A stretch of DNA of 63,215 nt, counting the filler, from Craspedostauros australis (lineage: Eukaryota), in assembly GCA_030167865.1 (NCBI GenBank). It is 12 parts of 12 records of this genome, joined end to end, with 100 filler letters (N's around TTAATTAATTAA, not from the genome) between each part and the next. Parts side by side here need not be neighbours in the genome. Positions count along the whole stretch, not along the records: positions 1 to 2,364 come from JALAGF010003517.1; positions 2,465 to 4,224 come from JALAGF010003518.1; positions 4,325 to 6,096 come from JALAGF010003519.1; positions 6,197 to 26,749 come from JALAGF010003520.1; 8 more parts are not named here. One strand, 5' to 3'. This document shows positions 1 through 10,400 of the stretch, piece after piece. Under the pieces are notes generated by a model. It was not told the DNA's origin. It ran no database searches and saw only the letters and a list, made by a program, of their open reading frames with translations. How positions within the stretch are numbered: position 1 is the stretch's first letter; each line of letters begins with the position of its first letter. A program made the position numbers and the translations under genes.

Positions 1-2364
1 ATGGCTCCGACGAAAGGATATCCGGCAAAATCAAAAGAGTTGTTCTGGCTATCGGATGCAACTACGCCAGCTTGTCCGTAGAAGACATTGAATGGGCAGT
101 TTGGACAGCTGAAACCGTTGGCTGGATGAGCCGCGAAGGTATTTTGAAACTCAGTCAGAAGTTTGGTTGGCGAGTCGATGCGGAACGCAACAGTACCGTC
201 AGCGGCGGACAATTCAATCGGGGCGTTGAATGTGATCTCGTCAGTGAACCGACCGAGGCCTTCGGGCATGATGTTACCAGAGGCAATCTGCATCCAGGTT
301 CCATCGGCATTCCAGGTGCTGGACCGGAAATAGATGGAGTATGCCTGTTGCGAGCGGTTGGCCAAGATCAACCGCATGCCCGTGATTCTCACATCAGCAG
401 TGATGGTCAGGTCGAATCGGAACGATTCGATGACATTGGTGAATGTGTCTGTCACGGTTGTGCTATACCACGCTTGCGCAGCGTTGGTTAGCGCTGGGGA
501 GGCACTCGGCGCGGATGTTGCCGCTGGAGAGAATTCGCCATACTGGACCTTGACGGTCGCGCAAACCCTGTCGTTGACGAAGAGACGGTCGATGCTGTCC
601 ACGTACACGCTGATGCCACCGAGCGACGATGGGTCGGCGTTTCTGAACGAACCTCCTGCGTCGAGCCTCGACAGCAACACGGACTGTGTAGTGGTGCCAG
701 TGAAGGCCGGGGCTGTCGTCACGAGAACCTGGTTCCTGCCTTCGGTGCTGTCTTTGTTGAAGCCAGAGGCCCTGTTGAAAGCGACGTAGTAGTCCTGCGA
801 GTTGCCCGTATCTCTGATTCTGAGGCCCACGATGTAGCTGGTGTCGGATGGGTTGTAGTCGACCACGCCGCACATCACGCCTTCGTAGCTATCGCCCGCC
901 GAAGTCAGGTCGAGCATTTGGTCAGAATACCAGCCAATCTCGAAGCTCTTGGCTCCTGTTTGGTTGCAGTGCACGATGAAAACGCGACAGAGCAGATATG
1001 ATGATGTGATGATCGTCGGCGTGACCGTTGATGTTCAAATAGCGCAAGCATGGAACAACCACGGCGGTTCCGTTGCCACGATACGAGTGGCGAGGAACGA
1101 ATCATCAGGGCAACGCAATGATGGCATTGCGAATGGGTGAGAGGAGTGATCAGCTAAGTGGGAAGAAGACAGTTGCCTGCGAGCAGACCAGACACGTAGT
1201 TGTTCGCAGGCATTATAGGAGGCAGCAGCACCCGTGCATTTGTTCATCTTGTTCTGGCAGGCGACGTACCGTTGTAGCCTTCGATCTCGTCCAAACTGTC
1301 ACCGCCACCCATTACGCCACTGGAAAGCGAAGAAGATGCCCCAAAATGGTCAATCGCGATGGATATTCGAGGAGTGCATGAAGGAATAGGACGAAGGGGA
1401 GCAAGACGAAGAGCAAAGCACACGGTGAGGTGGCATGATGGGGTTTGTGGGTTGTGCGCACATGCACATAGGGGAGGCAGAATGGTCGACAGTATCCTTT
1501 CCTGGAGTTGGAGTTCCTTCCATCTGATGTCAAAATTGCACGGCGAGCTCACGTGTGAATGAATTGCACACCCAACCACATTCAAGACGAAGCCGACGCA
1601 GGAAGGCAGAGCACTTACGAGGTGTCACCATATTCCTCTCCTCCTTGACTACTGTGACCAAGGTTGTAGTTGTGTCCGATTTCGTGGGTGACGGTGGATA
1701 TGTCGTAAAGGTAGTGCTCGCCAGGGGGGTCGTTGTTGCCGTTGTAGACAGAGACGGAACCCGGTACATCTGCGTAGGCTGCGACAGGAGCAAGCCCATT
1801 TTTTATCGAAGGGAGCAGAGATTGGAACAGTGAGAGTGGAATATTCGCGCAATACCAACGCGCGCACATGTTGACATATAGTAGCATGGTGTGTGACGAG
1901 GGTGAGAAGGTGTGCGTGGTGTTTGCATTGTGAAGAACAAAGCGGGCCTCCCTTGGTGTTGTCAAATGCACATGGCGCAGGCGAGCCACCAACAGTGAAG
2001 TGAAACCAAGCCAAGCCAAGCGAAACAAACAAACAAACACTACGTCACGTCAGGATACAGACAAACTCGGTGGGCTTACCATTCCAGTCCACATTGTTGC
2101 CGCTGATGGAACCGTACGGGAAGGTGTAAAGGAGATGATCGAAGGTGTCTTCGTCAATGCCAATGTTGGCGAGGGCTGTGGTGACATCCGCTTCGATGTT
2201 GTCCCCGTTTGCACCGTTGATTGCACGCGCGATGGTGATGTCCAGAATGCCATCGGAAGATCCGTTGGTGTTTTCCGCCGTCAAGGTGAGCTTGCCGAAG
2301 GACATGTCGGAAAATTGCTGGATGAAGTTTGGCGACTTGCCCAGGCAGTTGTCGATGATATCCT
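1..2364 (-). CDS. Peptidase M11 (gametolysin-like) zinc metalloprotease, partial at both ends; exons 2080-2364, 1619-1778, 1270-1319, 1-955
   Basis: Hand-spliced at GT..AG junctions with consistent phases: ...DWN/AYADVPG...THEIGHNYNLGHS...YGDTS/GVMG...EGYN/GAKSFEIGWY...YYVAFNRASGFN. Shows the HExxHxxxxxH zinc motif and a Met-turn. The last exon is open to the window edge and is absent from the ORF track. Confidence 0.85.
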
Positions 2365-2464
2365 NNNNNNNNNNNNNNNNNNNNNNNNNNNNNNNNNNNN
2401 NNNNNNNNTTAATTAATTAANNNNNNNNNNNNNNNNNNNNNNNNNNNNNNNNNNNNNNNNNNNN
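2365..2464. other. Artificial contig linker
   Basis: N44-TTAATTAATTAA-N44, with stops in all six frames. Confidence 0.99.
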
Positions 2465-2817
2465 GGCGGGTCTGGACAAGTCCACAATCTTCGCCCTGTT
2501 TCTCTTTGTGGATTGGCTCTGTTGTCGTGTTGTTGTTGGCTTTGTCTTTGGCTCCACTGCTCTCGCCGTGTCAATCCACAAAGGTGCTTCTCTGCCAGCT
2601 GTGCGCTTCGAGTATCACGGTGGTTCTTTCCAACTCAGCCCCTCTGGAGGCTTCCCACCTTGACACCTCAACTCGCTTTCCACTTCCCACAACATTGATC
2701 TCATAAAAACATTTTATACATCGCCATCACCATCGCAGACATCAGCATCCGAAGCGCAAAGTAGCATTTCCAATCTCCATCCCTCTTCACATACCAGTCC
2801 GAGTACGCTTCTCCAAC

Positions 2818-4155
2818 ATGCTGAATCAGAAAGAGCAAAGCAGTGCCATGGAGGTCCCATCGGTCGATCTCCACCAACTCGACATCCACAACGAGCTCGG
2901 ATCAGGGAGCTACTGCGTTGTCTACTCCGCACGATGCCAGCAAATGCTACAAACACCGCAAACAGCAAGCGCGCCGCAACTGGATCGGCACGCGAGAGTC
3001 GCAGTCAAGATGATCAAGGGAGACGTCCGCAAGTTCCGTCCCGCCCTCGCAGAGATGGTGCGTGGTGATCTGATCACTGAGAGAGACATTCTGTCGCAAA
3101 TCGACCATCCCAACATCATCAAGGTTCACGCCGCATCCCATTCTTTGACGAAGTCACAACCATCAGCGGCAGCGGCAGCAGCAACAAAAACATCGCCATC
3201 GTCGCAATTCCGCTCGTCTTCATCTCCATCCAGTCCGCAAGCACACGAGCAGACACACGGGCAGCACTTCCTGGTATTGGACAGGCTGGAGTGCAACCTC
3301 TACGAGAAGTTGAAGTGCTGGAGGGATGTTGACCACGCGGTGCATGATGCCGACCTCGCACCCAGGACCCTTTGCCGCCAGCTCTTCCCATGGAAGAAGA
3401 CGCGCACGGCAGCCCATCAGCTGGTCCATCGTGTGCACCATGTTGGATTGGGCGTGGCGAAAGCCATGCAGCACCTGCACGCAAACGGCATTCTGTACCG
3501 CGACCTGAAACCAGCAAACATCGGCTTCGATGACCGCGGCATCGTCAAGCTGTTCGACTTCGGCTTCGCACAAAGGCGGCTGTACGAACGTCCCCAAAGC
3601 GCCTCGTCGCGTGGAGAGGTGGCCGGATCTCCTCGGTACATGGCGCCTGAGATGTTCTGCGGAAGAGCATCCTTCGAGGCCGACGTATACTCGTTCGGTG
3701 TGCTACTCTACGAACTCTGTTCCCTCCGAAAGCCCTTCGACGACGTCGGCTGTTTCAAATCTCTGCAGCACAAGGTGGTGGTTGAAGGGCACCGCCCCAA
3801 GCTGTCACGCCGCTCCATCCCATCCAAAGCGCTGCGCCAGCTCATCGCGTCGTGCTGGCACCAATCCCCCGACAAGCGCCCATCTTTTGCCATGGTCGTG
3901 AAGGCATTGACCGAGATCTGCTCAGTCCTCGTAGATGGGCAAACCGTCATCCCCACCAGCAACGCGGTAGCCAGCAAATCCATTAACACGCACAGATGCG
4001 CATGCTCTTCGTCGACGATGAGAAGGTCGGTAGAGGAACAGCGACGGCAAAAGCGCCTCTGGGCACACCACGACAACGATGACTTTCATGACTCAGGCCT
4101 CGACGACACGCGGCTCGCTCAAGATTCCATGTCAAGCTTCATCATGTCACAGTAG
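2818..4155 (+). CDS. Ser/Thr (TKL-like) protein kinase, allele A
   Basis: LGSGSYCVV, VAVK, YRDLKPAN, DFG, GSPRYMAPE, DVYSFG, CW..PDKRP motifs. Confidence 0.93.
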   Translation: MLNQKEQSSAMEVPSVDLHQLDIHNELGSGSYCVVYSARCQQMLQTPQTASAPQLDRHARVAVKMIKGDVRKFRPALAEMVRGDLITERDILSQIDHPNIIKVHAASHSLTKSQPSAAAAAATKTSPSSQFRSSSSPSSPQAHEQTHGQHFLVLDRLECNLYEKLKCWRDVDHAVHDADLAPRTLCRQLFPWKKTRTAAHQLVHRVHHVGLGVAKAMQHLHANGILYRDLKPANIGFDDRGIVKLFDFGFAQRRLYERPQSASSRGEVAGSPRYMAPEMFCGRASFEADVYSFGVLLYELCSLRKPFDDVGCFKSLQHKVVVEGHRPKLSRRSIPSKALRQLIASCWHQSPDKRPSFAMVVKALTEICSVLVDGQTVIPTSNAVASKSINTHRCACSSSTMRRSVEEQRRQKRLWAHHDNDDFHDSGLDDTRLAQDSMSSFIMSQ

Positions 4156-4224
4156 CATTATATGTACGTGGGCAAGTATCGGTAACCATAGAATGAATGA
4201 ACATAGAGTACTCTGCTCTGTTCG

Positions 4225-4324
4225 NNNNNNNNNNNNNNNNNNNNNNNNNNNNNNNNNNNNNNNNNNNNTTAATTAATTAANNNNNNNNNNNNNNNNNNNN
4301 NNNNNNNNNNNNNNNNNNNNNNNN
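4225..4324. other. Artificial contig linker
   Basis: N44-TTAATTAATTAA-N44. Confidence 0.99.
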
Positions 4325-4677
4325 GGCGGGTCTGGACAAGTCCACAATCTTCGCCCTGTTTCTCTTTGTGGATTGGCTCTGTTGTCGTGTTGTTGTTGGC
4401 TTTGTCTTTGGCTCCACTGCTCTCGCCGTGTCAATCCACAAAGGTGCTTCTCTGCCAGCTGTGCGCTTCGAGTATCACGGTGGTTCTTTCCAACTCAGCC
4501 CCTCTGGAGGCTTCCCACCTTGACACCTCAACTCGCTTTCCACTTCCCACAACATTGATCTCATAAAAACATTTTATACATCGCCATCACCATCGCAGAC
4601 ATCAGCATCCGAAGCGCAAAGTAGCATTTCCAATCTCCATCCCTCTTCACATACCAGTCCGAGTACGCTTCTCCAAC

Positions 4678-6027
4678 ATGCTGAATCAGAAAGAGCAAAG
4701 CAGTGCCATGGAGGTCCCATCGGTCGATCTCCACCAACTCGACATCCACAACGAGCTCGGATCAGGGAGCTACTGCGTTGTCTACTCCGCACGATGCCAG
4801 CAAATGCTACAAACACCGCAAACAGCAAGCGCGCCGCAACTGGATCGGCACGCGAGAGTCGCAGTCAAGATGATCAAGGGAGACGTCCGCAAGTTCCGTC
4901 CCGCCCTCGCAGAGATGGTGCGTGGTGATCTGATCACTGAGAGAGACATTCTGTCGCAAATCGACCATCCCAACATCATCAAGGTTCACGCCGCATCCCA
5001 TTCTTTGACGAAGTCACAACCATCAGCAACAGCAGCAACAAAAACATCGCCATCGTCGCAATCCCGCTTATCTTCATATCCATCCAGTCCGCAAGTACAG
5101 GCACACATGCAGGCACACGAGCAGGCACACGGACAGCACTTCCTGGTATTGGACAGGCTGGAGTGCAACCTCTACGAGAAGTTGAAGTGCTGGAGGGATG
5201 TTGACCACGCGGTGCATGATGCCGACCTCGCACCCAGGACCCTTTGCCGCCAGCTCTTCCCATGGAAGAAGACGCGCACGGCAGCCCATCAGCTGGTCCA
5301 TCGTGTGCACCATGTTGGATTGGGCGTGGCGAAAGCCATGCAGCACCTGCACGCAAACGGCATTCTGTACCGCGACCTGAAACCAGCAAACATCGGCTTC
5401 GATGACCGCGGCATCGTCAAGCTGTTCGACTTCGGCTTCGCACAAAGGCGGCTGTACGAACGTCCCCAAAGCGCCTCGTCGCGTGGAGAGGTGGCCGGAT
5501 CTCCTCGGTACATGGCGCCTGAGATGTTCTGCGGAAGAGCATCCTTCGAGGCCGACGTATACTCGTTCGGTGTGCTACTCTACGAACTCTGTTCCCTCCG
5601 AAAGCCCTTCGACGACGTCGGCTGTTTCAAATCTCTGCAGCACAAGGTGGTGGTTGAAGGGCACCGCCCCAAGCTGTCACGCCGCTCCATCCCATCCAAA
5701 GCGCTGCGCCAGCTCATCGCGTCGTGCTGGCACCAATCCCCCGACAAGCGCCCATCTTTTGCCATGGTCGTGAAGGCATTGACCGAGATCTGCTCAGTCC
5801 TCGTAGATGGGCAAACCGTCATCCCCACCAGCAACGCGGTAGCCAGCAAATCCATTAACACGCACAGATGCGCATGCTCTTCGTCGACGATGAGAAGGTC
5901 GGTAGAGGAACAGCGACGGCAAAAGCGCCTCTGGGCACACCACGACAACGATGACTTTCATGACTCAGGCCTCGACGACACGCGGCTCGCTCAAGATTCC
6001 ATGTCAAGCTTCATCATGTCACAGTAG
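4678..6027 (+). CDS. Ser/Thr (TKL-like) protein kinase, allele B
   Basis: Same as 2818-4155 apart from a variable insert (net +4 aa). The contig starts and ends at the same bases as the previous one. Confidence 0.93.
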   Translation: MLNQKEQSSAMEVPSVDLHQLDIHNELGSGSYCVVYSARCQQMLQTPQTASAPQLDRHARVAVKMIKGDVRKFRPALAEMVRGDLITERDILSQIDHPNIIKVHAASHSLTKSQPSATAATKTSPSSQSRLSSYPSSPQVQAHMQAHEQAHGQHFLVLDRLECNLYEKLKCWRDVDHAVHDADLAPRTLCRQLFPWKKTRTAAHQLVHRVHHVGLGVAKAMQHLHANGILYRDLKPANIGFDDRGIVKLFDFGFAQRRLYERPQSASSRGEVAGSPRYMAPEMFCGRASFEADVYSFGVLLYELCSLRKPFDDVGCFKSLQHKVVVEGHRPKLSRRSIPSKALRQLIASCWHQSPDKRPSFAMVVKALTEICSVLVDGQTVIPTSNAVASKSINTHRCACSSSTMRRSVEEQRRQKRLWAHHDNDDFHDSGLDDTRLAQDSMSSFIMSQ

Positions 6028-6096
6028 CATTATATGTACGTGGGCAAGTATCGGTAACCATAGAATGAATGAACATAGAGTACTCTGCTCTGTTCG

Positions 6097-6196
6097 NNNN
6101 NNNNNNNNNNNNNNNNNNNNNNNNNNNNNNNNNNNNNNNNTTAATTAATTAANNNNNNNNNNNNNNNNNNNNNNNNNNNNNNNNNNNNNNNNNNNN
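6097..6196. other. Artificial contig linker
   Basis: N44-TTAATTAATTAA-N44. Confidence 0.99.
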
Positions 6197-6325
6197 GGAG
6201 TCTTTGGGGTATCCAGTGACGAATGTCTGGACTATGCCAAGGCCAATCGGGAGGAATGGGCGCGAAAGGGTCAGAACATTGTTGCTGGCTTTGTCGAGAA
6301 GTATTGCGTCGGTGGCCTGCGGTAG
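6197..6325 (+). CDS. 3' end of the guanylyl cyclase-PDE gene (duplicate of 31952-32080)
   Basis: Reverse complement of 31952-32080; GVFGVSSDECLDYAKANREEW...GGLR*. Confidence 0.9.
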   Translation, partial: GVFGVSSDECLDYAKANREEWARKGQNIVAGFVEKYCVGGLR

Positions 6326-6542
6326 TAGCACTAACATCTGCAGAGGTGGGGAGCTCAGCAACGACCCGTCGCTCTTTTTTTCCACGGAGGCAGGGTCTCG
6401 ATGAAGCGTAGAGTAAGACGCGAGTAGATTTAGAGACGTGCGTGGATACGATTGACGCGAATTCGTCTTTGTGTTGGCACTCTCTTCGTGCCTTGTGCGT
6501 TTGCGCATTCCCAGATACTGCTGCGTGCGCAAGCTTCAACGC

Positions 6543-7079
6543 TCATTCCATGACAGCAATGCAATCGATCTCCACCTTGGCCCCCTTTGGCAAGGCCGCG
6601 ACTTGCACGCAAGATCGGGAAGGCTCCACGGCAACGTCCTTGAAGTACTCCGAGTAGACTTCATTGACCAAGGCGAAGTCGCCGAGGTCTGCCAGGAACA
6701 CGGTGCACCGCACAATGCGATCTCTGGTGGTCCCAGCCGCCTCGAGCACGGCGTCCAGGTTCTTGAGGAGCTGGCGCGTTTCCGCCTGCGGGTCTCCACC
6801 TCCAACGAACTCGCCAGTGGCTGGATCCAATGCGATCTGTCCGGAGCAGTAGAGCATATTCCCAACCTTCACAGCTTGGCTGTAGGGGCCGAGGGGCGCC
6901 GGGGACTTGTCGGTTTTTACTTCTTCCAGCTTTGACATCTTCAGGCTCAGGCTCAGGCCGAGGACGTTGGGCGTTGACGCTGTGGAGGAATGAGATGGGA
7001 CAATGGGGGTCTGAAAGGCCTCTGTTTGGATGATTGCCAAGAGAGAGATCGCTAAGGATAAGAAGGAACTTGATCTCAT
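6543..7079 (-). CDS. ridA: RidA/YjgF/UK114 reactive-intermediate deaminase, probably plastid-targeted
   Basis: PAPLGPYSQAV, YCSGQIALDP, VNEVYSEYF, PSRSCVQVAALPKGAKVEID. Signal peptide followed by TEA-FQTP (ASAF-type motif). Confidence 0.93.
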   Translation of the reverse strand: MRSSSFLSLAISLLAIIQTEAFQTPIVPSHSSTASTPNVLGLSLSLKMSKLEEVKTDKSPAPLGPYSQAVKVGNMLYCSGQIALDPATGEFVGGGDPQAETRQLLKNLDAVLEAAGTTRDRIVRCTVFLADLGDFALVNEVYSEYFKDVAVEPSRSCVQVAALPKGAKVEIDCIAVME

Positions 7080-7437
7080 CTTGGGATGATCTCAATGCGC
7101 TTGTGTTCCGTGATCTGTGCTCTGGAATCTGTTGGCATTGCGCACATGGCTCGTCATGTTACGTACGACACAGCACACACCAGTGATGCCATGGACATCA
7201 AACTGAACGGGCAGGAAACGATCCCCAAGAACGGTTTGTGTCGATAGGACCACAGAGATCTTTCTGTTGGGGAGTCAGTTTCAGGACTGGGACATAGACT
7301 GAAGAAGTAGAGTAGAATCGTAGACTGAAGCAACAGAGTAAAGTAGATTGGACTAGAGCAGAATAATGTAGAGCGCCAATGATCGCACATCTTCTTAGTC
7401 CCTACTCATAGAGTACGATGGTACACGTGCTCTAACT

Positions 7438-10400
7438 CTACTCAGAATTGGCACCGTCACGACACGCGCGAGCAAACTGCTGCGCATCGACATCCAGCGC
7501 CATTGCTGATTCGAAATGCCGCATGCCTCTTGTGCTGTGCTTGGAAAGCTTGGAGATGACCCCGAGATATCGCGAAGCCAACACAGGGTGTCGAGGAACT
7601 GTCGTATCGTGCGATGCCTGCGACCAGGCTTTTACCAAACTGTACGAGATGGCATCGAATCGGTAGATCATGGCGAAGAGATCCCGAGCCAGCAATTCGC
7701 CGGGGATCTGGTTCCTGTCATCCTTCTCCAGCTCGTTGATGCTCCGATCGAGATGACCGATTGCCTCGATCAATGCTCCACTCTCCTGCCCCATCCCAGC
7801 TTGTGCTGTGAGCATCGAGAGAAGTTCCGATCCTTTCTCTATGACCAGCCTGAGTTCGTCGGTTTCGTTGCTGGAGTTGACATTTGTTGCAGTCGTACCA
7901 GCATCGGTAGGGATGTTTGCGCCATTCAAGTTCGCGGTATTGATAGCCGCCATTTTGAGCATCTGATTCCTATGTCGTTTGCATTGCTCTGACACCCAAA
8001 CATCAACAAACGGCTTCCCCTTCTTCAGCCCTCGTTTCGTGGCCAGCGATGCCGCAGTATCGACGATGTGACATGAGGTGGATGACGACGACGATGACGA
8101 CGATGGCGGCAGTGGCAACAGCGATGTCGTTCCTGATGGCGATACTGGCGTTGGCACGAGGATAGCGAGGACCTTGCGGGTTGTGTCGCGCAGCTGCGAT
8201 TCGAGCTGTTCGTATGCCAGACTCTTGGCTGTCCTTTCTATCTTGTCGAACTTCACAGATTCCCAGTCTGCTGCTGAAGCGATATGCAGCGAATCGAATG
8301 CGGGACGCACGCACTTGGCATGCACGTCATTGTGGAATTCTTTCAGCACTTGCGTGATTGATAGGTCACAAATGGATGCCAGATCCACATGCTGGTGGAA
8401 GAAAGAGTCGTGGAGCTTGTCCTCTGTCGTTGAAGCGCCATCAGGTTGTGTTGTTCGCAGCTGTATCGTGCCAATGCTGGTTGCAGCAACGGCACGAGGA
8501 GCCGAGACTGGGGACACTTGGTCCATCTCATCGCTTGCTTCGGACACAGCGGGGATGATCAACATCTCGCTCAGTTTAGTGTTCGGATTCTGGTCGGCGG
8601 CAGAGACTGATGACGGTCGCACCTTGCGTGTCTTGTGAGTCGTGGGCCTTGTAGATGAAGGAGAGTCGGAAGAGAGCTCATCTAGCAAACAGCGAAGATC
8701 ATCCGCATGCGTGCTGCTTTCATTCATGAGCAGACTGCTGGTGGCTGATAGCCAAGTGTTGCGAGGTGCCGATTCGCCACCTTCATTGGCGGGGTTGGAT
8801 ATTCGCACTGCTTTCTGTTGTGTTGACGTTGGTGTTGATGTTGCTACATCAACGTCGGGCAGCGTGGCGTATGGCAGATTGCCCAGCTTAGCGAGACCGA
8901 TCGTCTGTGCGAAGAAGTTTTCAAGCATGAAGCTTGTGGTGAGGTTCGGAGATCCCAGATAGACGCCTGGCGTACTAGTGCCCATATTCAGCTGCCGCCT
9001 TGTTGAGCTCAGTTTGAGTTGCATCAATCGTAGCTTGGCTGCGATGGACCGGAACTTCCTTGATGTTTGAGACAGGGCATCCCATTTACTGAACTTGAGT
9101 ACTGTCATGATCCAGGGCAGGTCGTAATCAAGCGTCCCAACTCGCCACGCATCATTGAGCGCTCCGCCTAGTTCCACACCCACCGCCTCCAGCTGTTTGA
9201 ACGCATCGACAGTTGATTGGGGATGTAGCTGATGAGTATTCGCATCCAGTGGCTGCCAATTTGGACTGAACACGAGACATCCCAGGAATTTCGCGAGAAG
9301 CTGGAGCTTGAGGACGTGCAGCTCTTCTTTGCCAACAGTCGGGATTCGGTTGCGCAGAATCCTGATCGTGTTGCCGAGTCTGCTCTTGAAGTGCATGCCG
9401 AATGCGTATTGGTCTGTTGATTGCAGAAAGATGTAGAAGAATTCTTGATGGCCTGGGAACAGTTGCTGCACTTCCATGATCACAGCTGCTGTCTCTTCTT
9501 CCCTTCCTCGGCGTGGACCTTGTCTCCATTTCTGCTGCCGCTGGTGCGAATGGTGACGGTGAGAGTGGTTATTGCTGTGCGGAATGCTTTGGTGGTCGTT
9601 CGTGTGTGATGGCATCGCGATCTTTTGACTGCTCTTGTCCACGTTGGACGTTCTTGCCGACATGCGCTTCTGAAGCTGCTGAAGTCTTTCCTTGTTTGCG
9701 ATGGTGAGCAGTTCCTCATCCGTTTCTTCGATCGGAGAGTATCCGATTTGGAGCAGGAGATCGCAAAAGAATTCCACGAACCACGGGAAATTGGATCTGG
9801 ACAGCCGGCTCAAAATGGTTCTAGATTGTGCTCGGATGCGATTCATGGCTTCCTGACCCTCCTGCGGATTCAAGATCTTCCCCTTGATGCTGATGTACGA
9901 TCTCAGCTGGTACAGGAAGGCGTCTCTTGTTTCCTCCCGATTCTTGTACACCGCTGTCTCTGCCTGCGTTTTGTAGTTATGCCTGGAGTCCCTGTTTGAA
10001 TTGAAATGCTGGGAAAGGATCGCATGGCTGCCCGCGATTTCCTCGGATGCGCATTCAATCTGATACCCTTGCGAAAGCAGCCACCGCAGCGTTTGTTTCA
10101 GCTGTTCTGATAATTGTGGTGCGGCATTGCGGAAAGCAGGCAGTGCGGCAAGCTTGGCGATGATTGGAGGATTCAAATGCAGAATCACAGGCTGCAGCTG
10201 CACGAGGGTTCGTTTGGCGAAATCTCGACATTGATTGGCGGAATGAAAGATGAAGGCAAAGTGCGGTGGAGTAGTATGGGCAGGGTGCTTTTGAGGTTGG
10301 TGCTGTGGATCGCGCACATTGAGGAGGCGGAGAAGCAGGTGGAGCTCGAGCAATGTGGATGGCACGACGTGCGAGTAGATGAGGGACGAATACACCATCA

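Noticed and set aside
2365..2464. Regularly recurring TTAATTAATTAA as a CRISPR-like repeat or piggyBac TTAA target
   Set aside because: Always centred in exactly 100 bp of N padding, so it is a synthetic six-frame-stop linker
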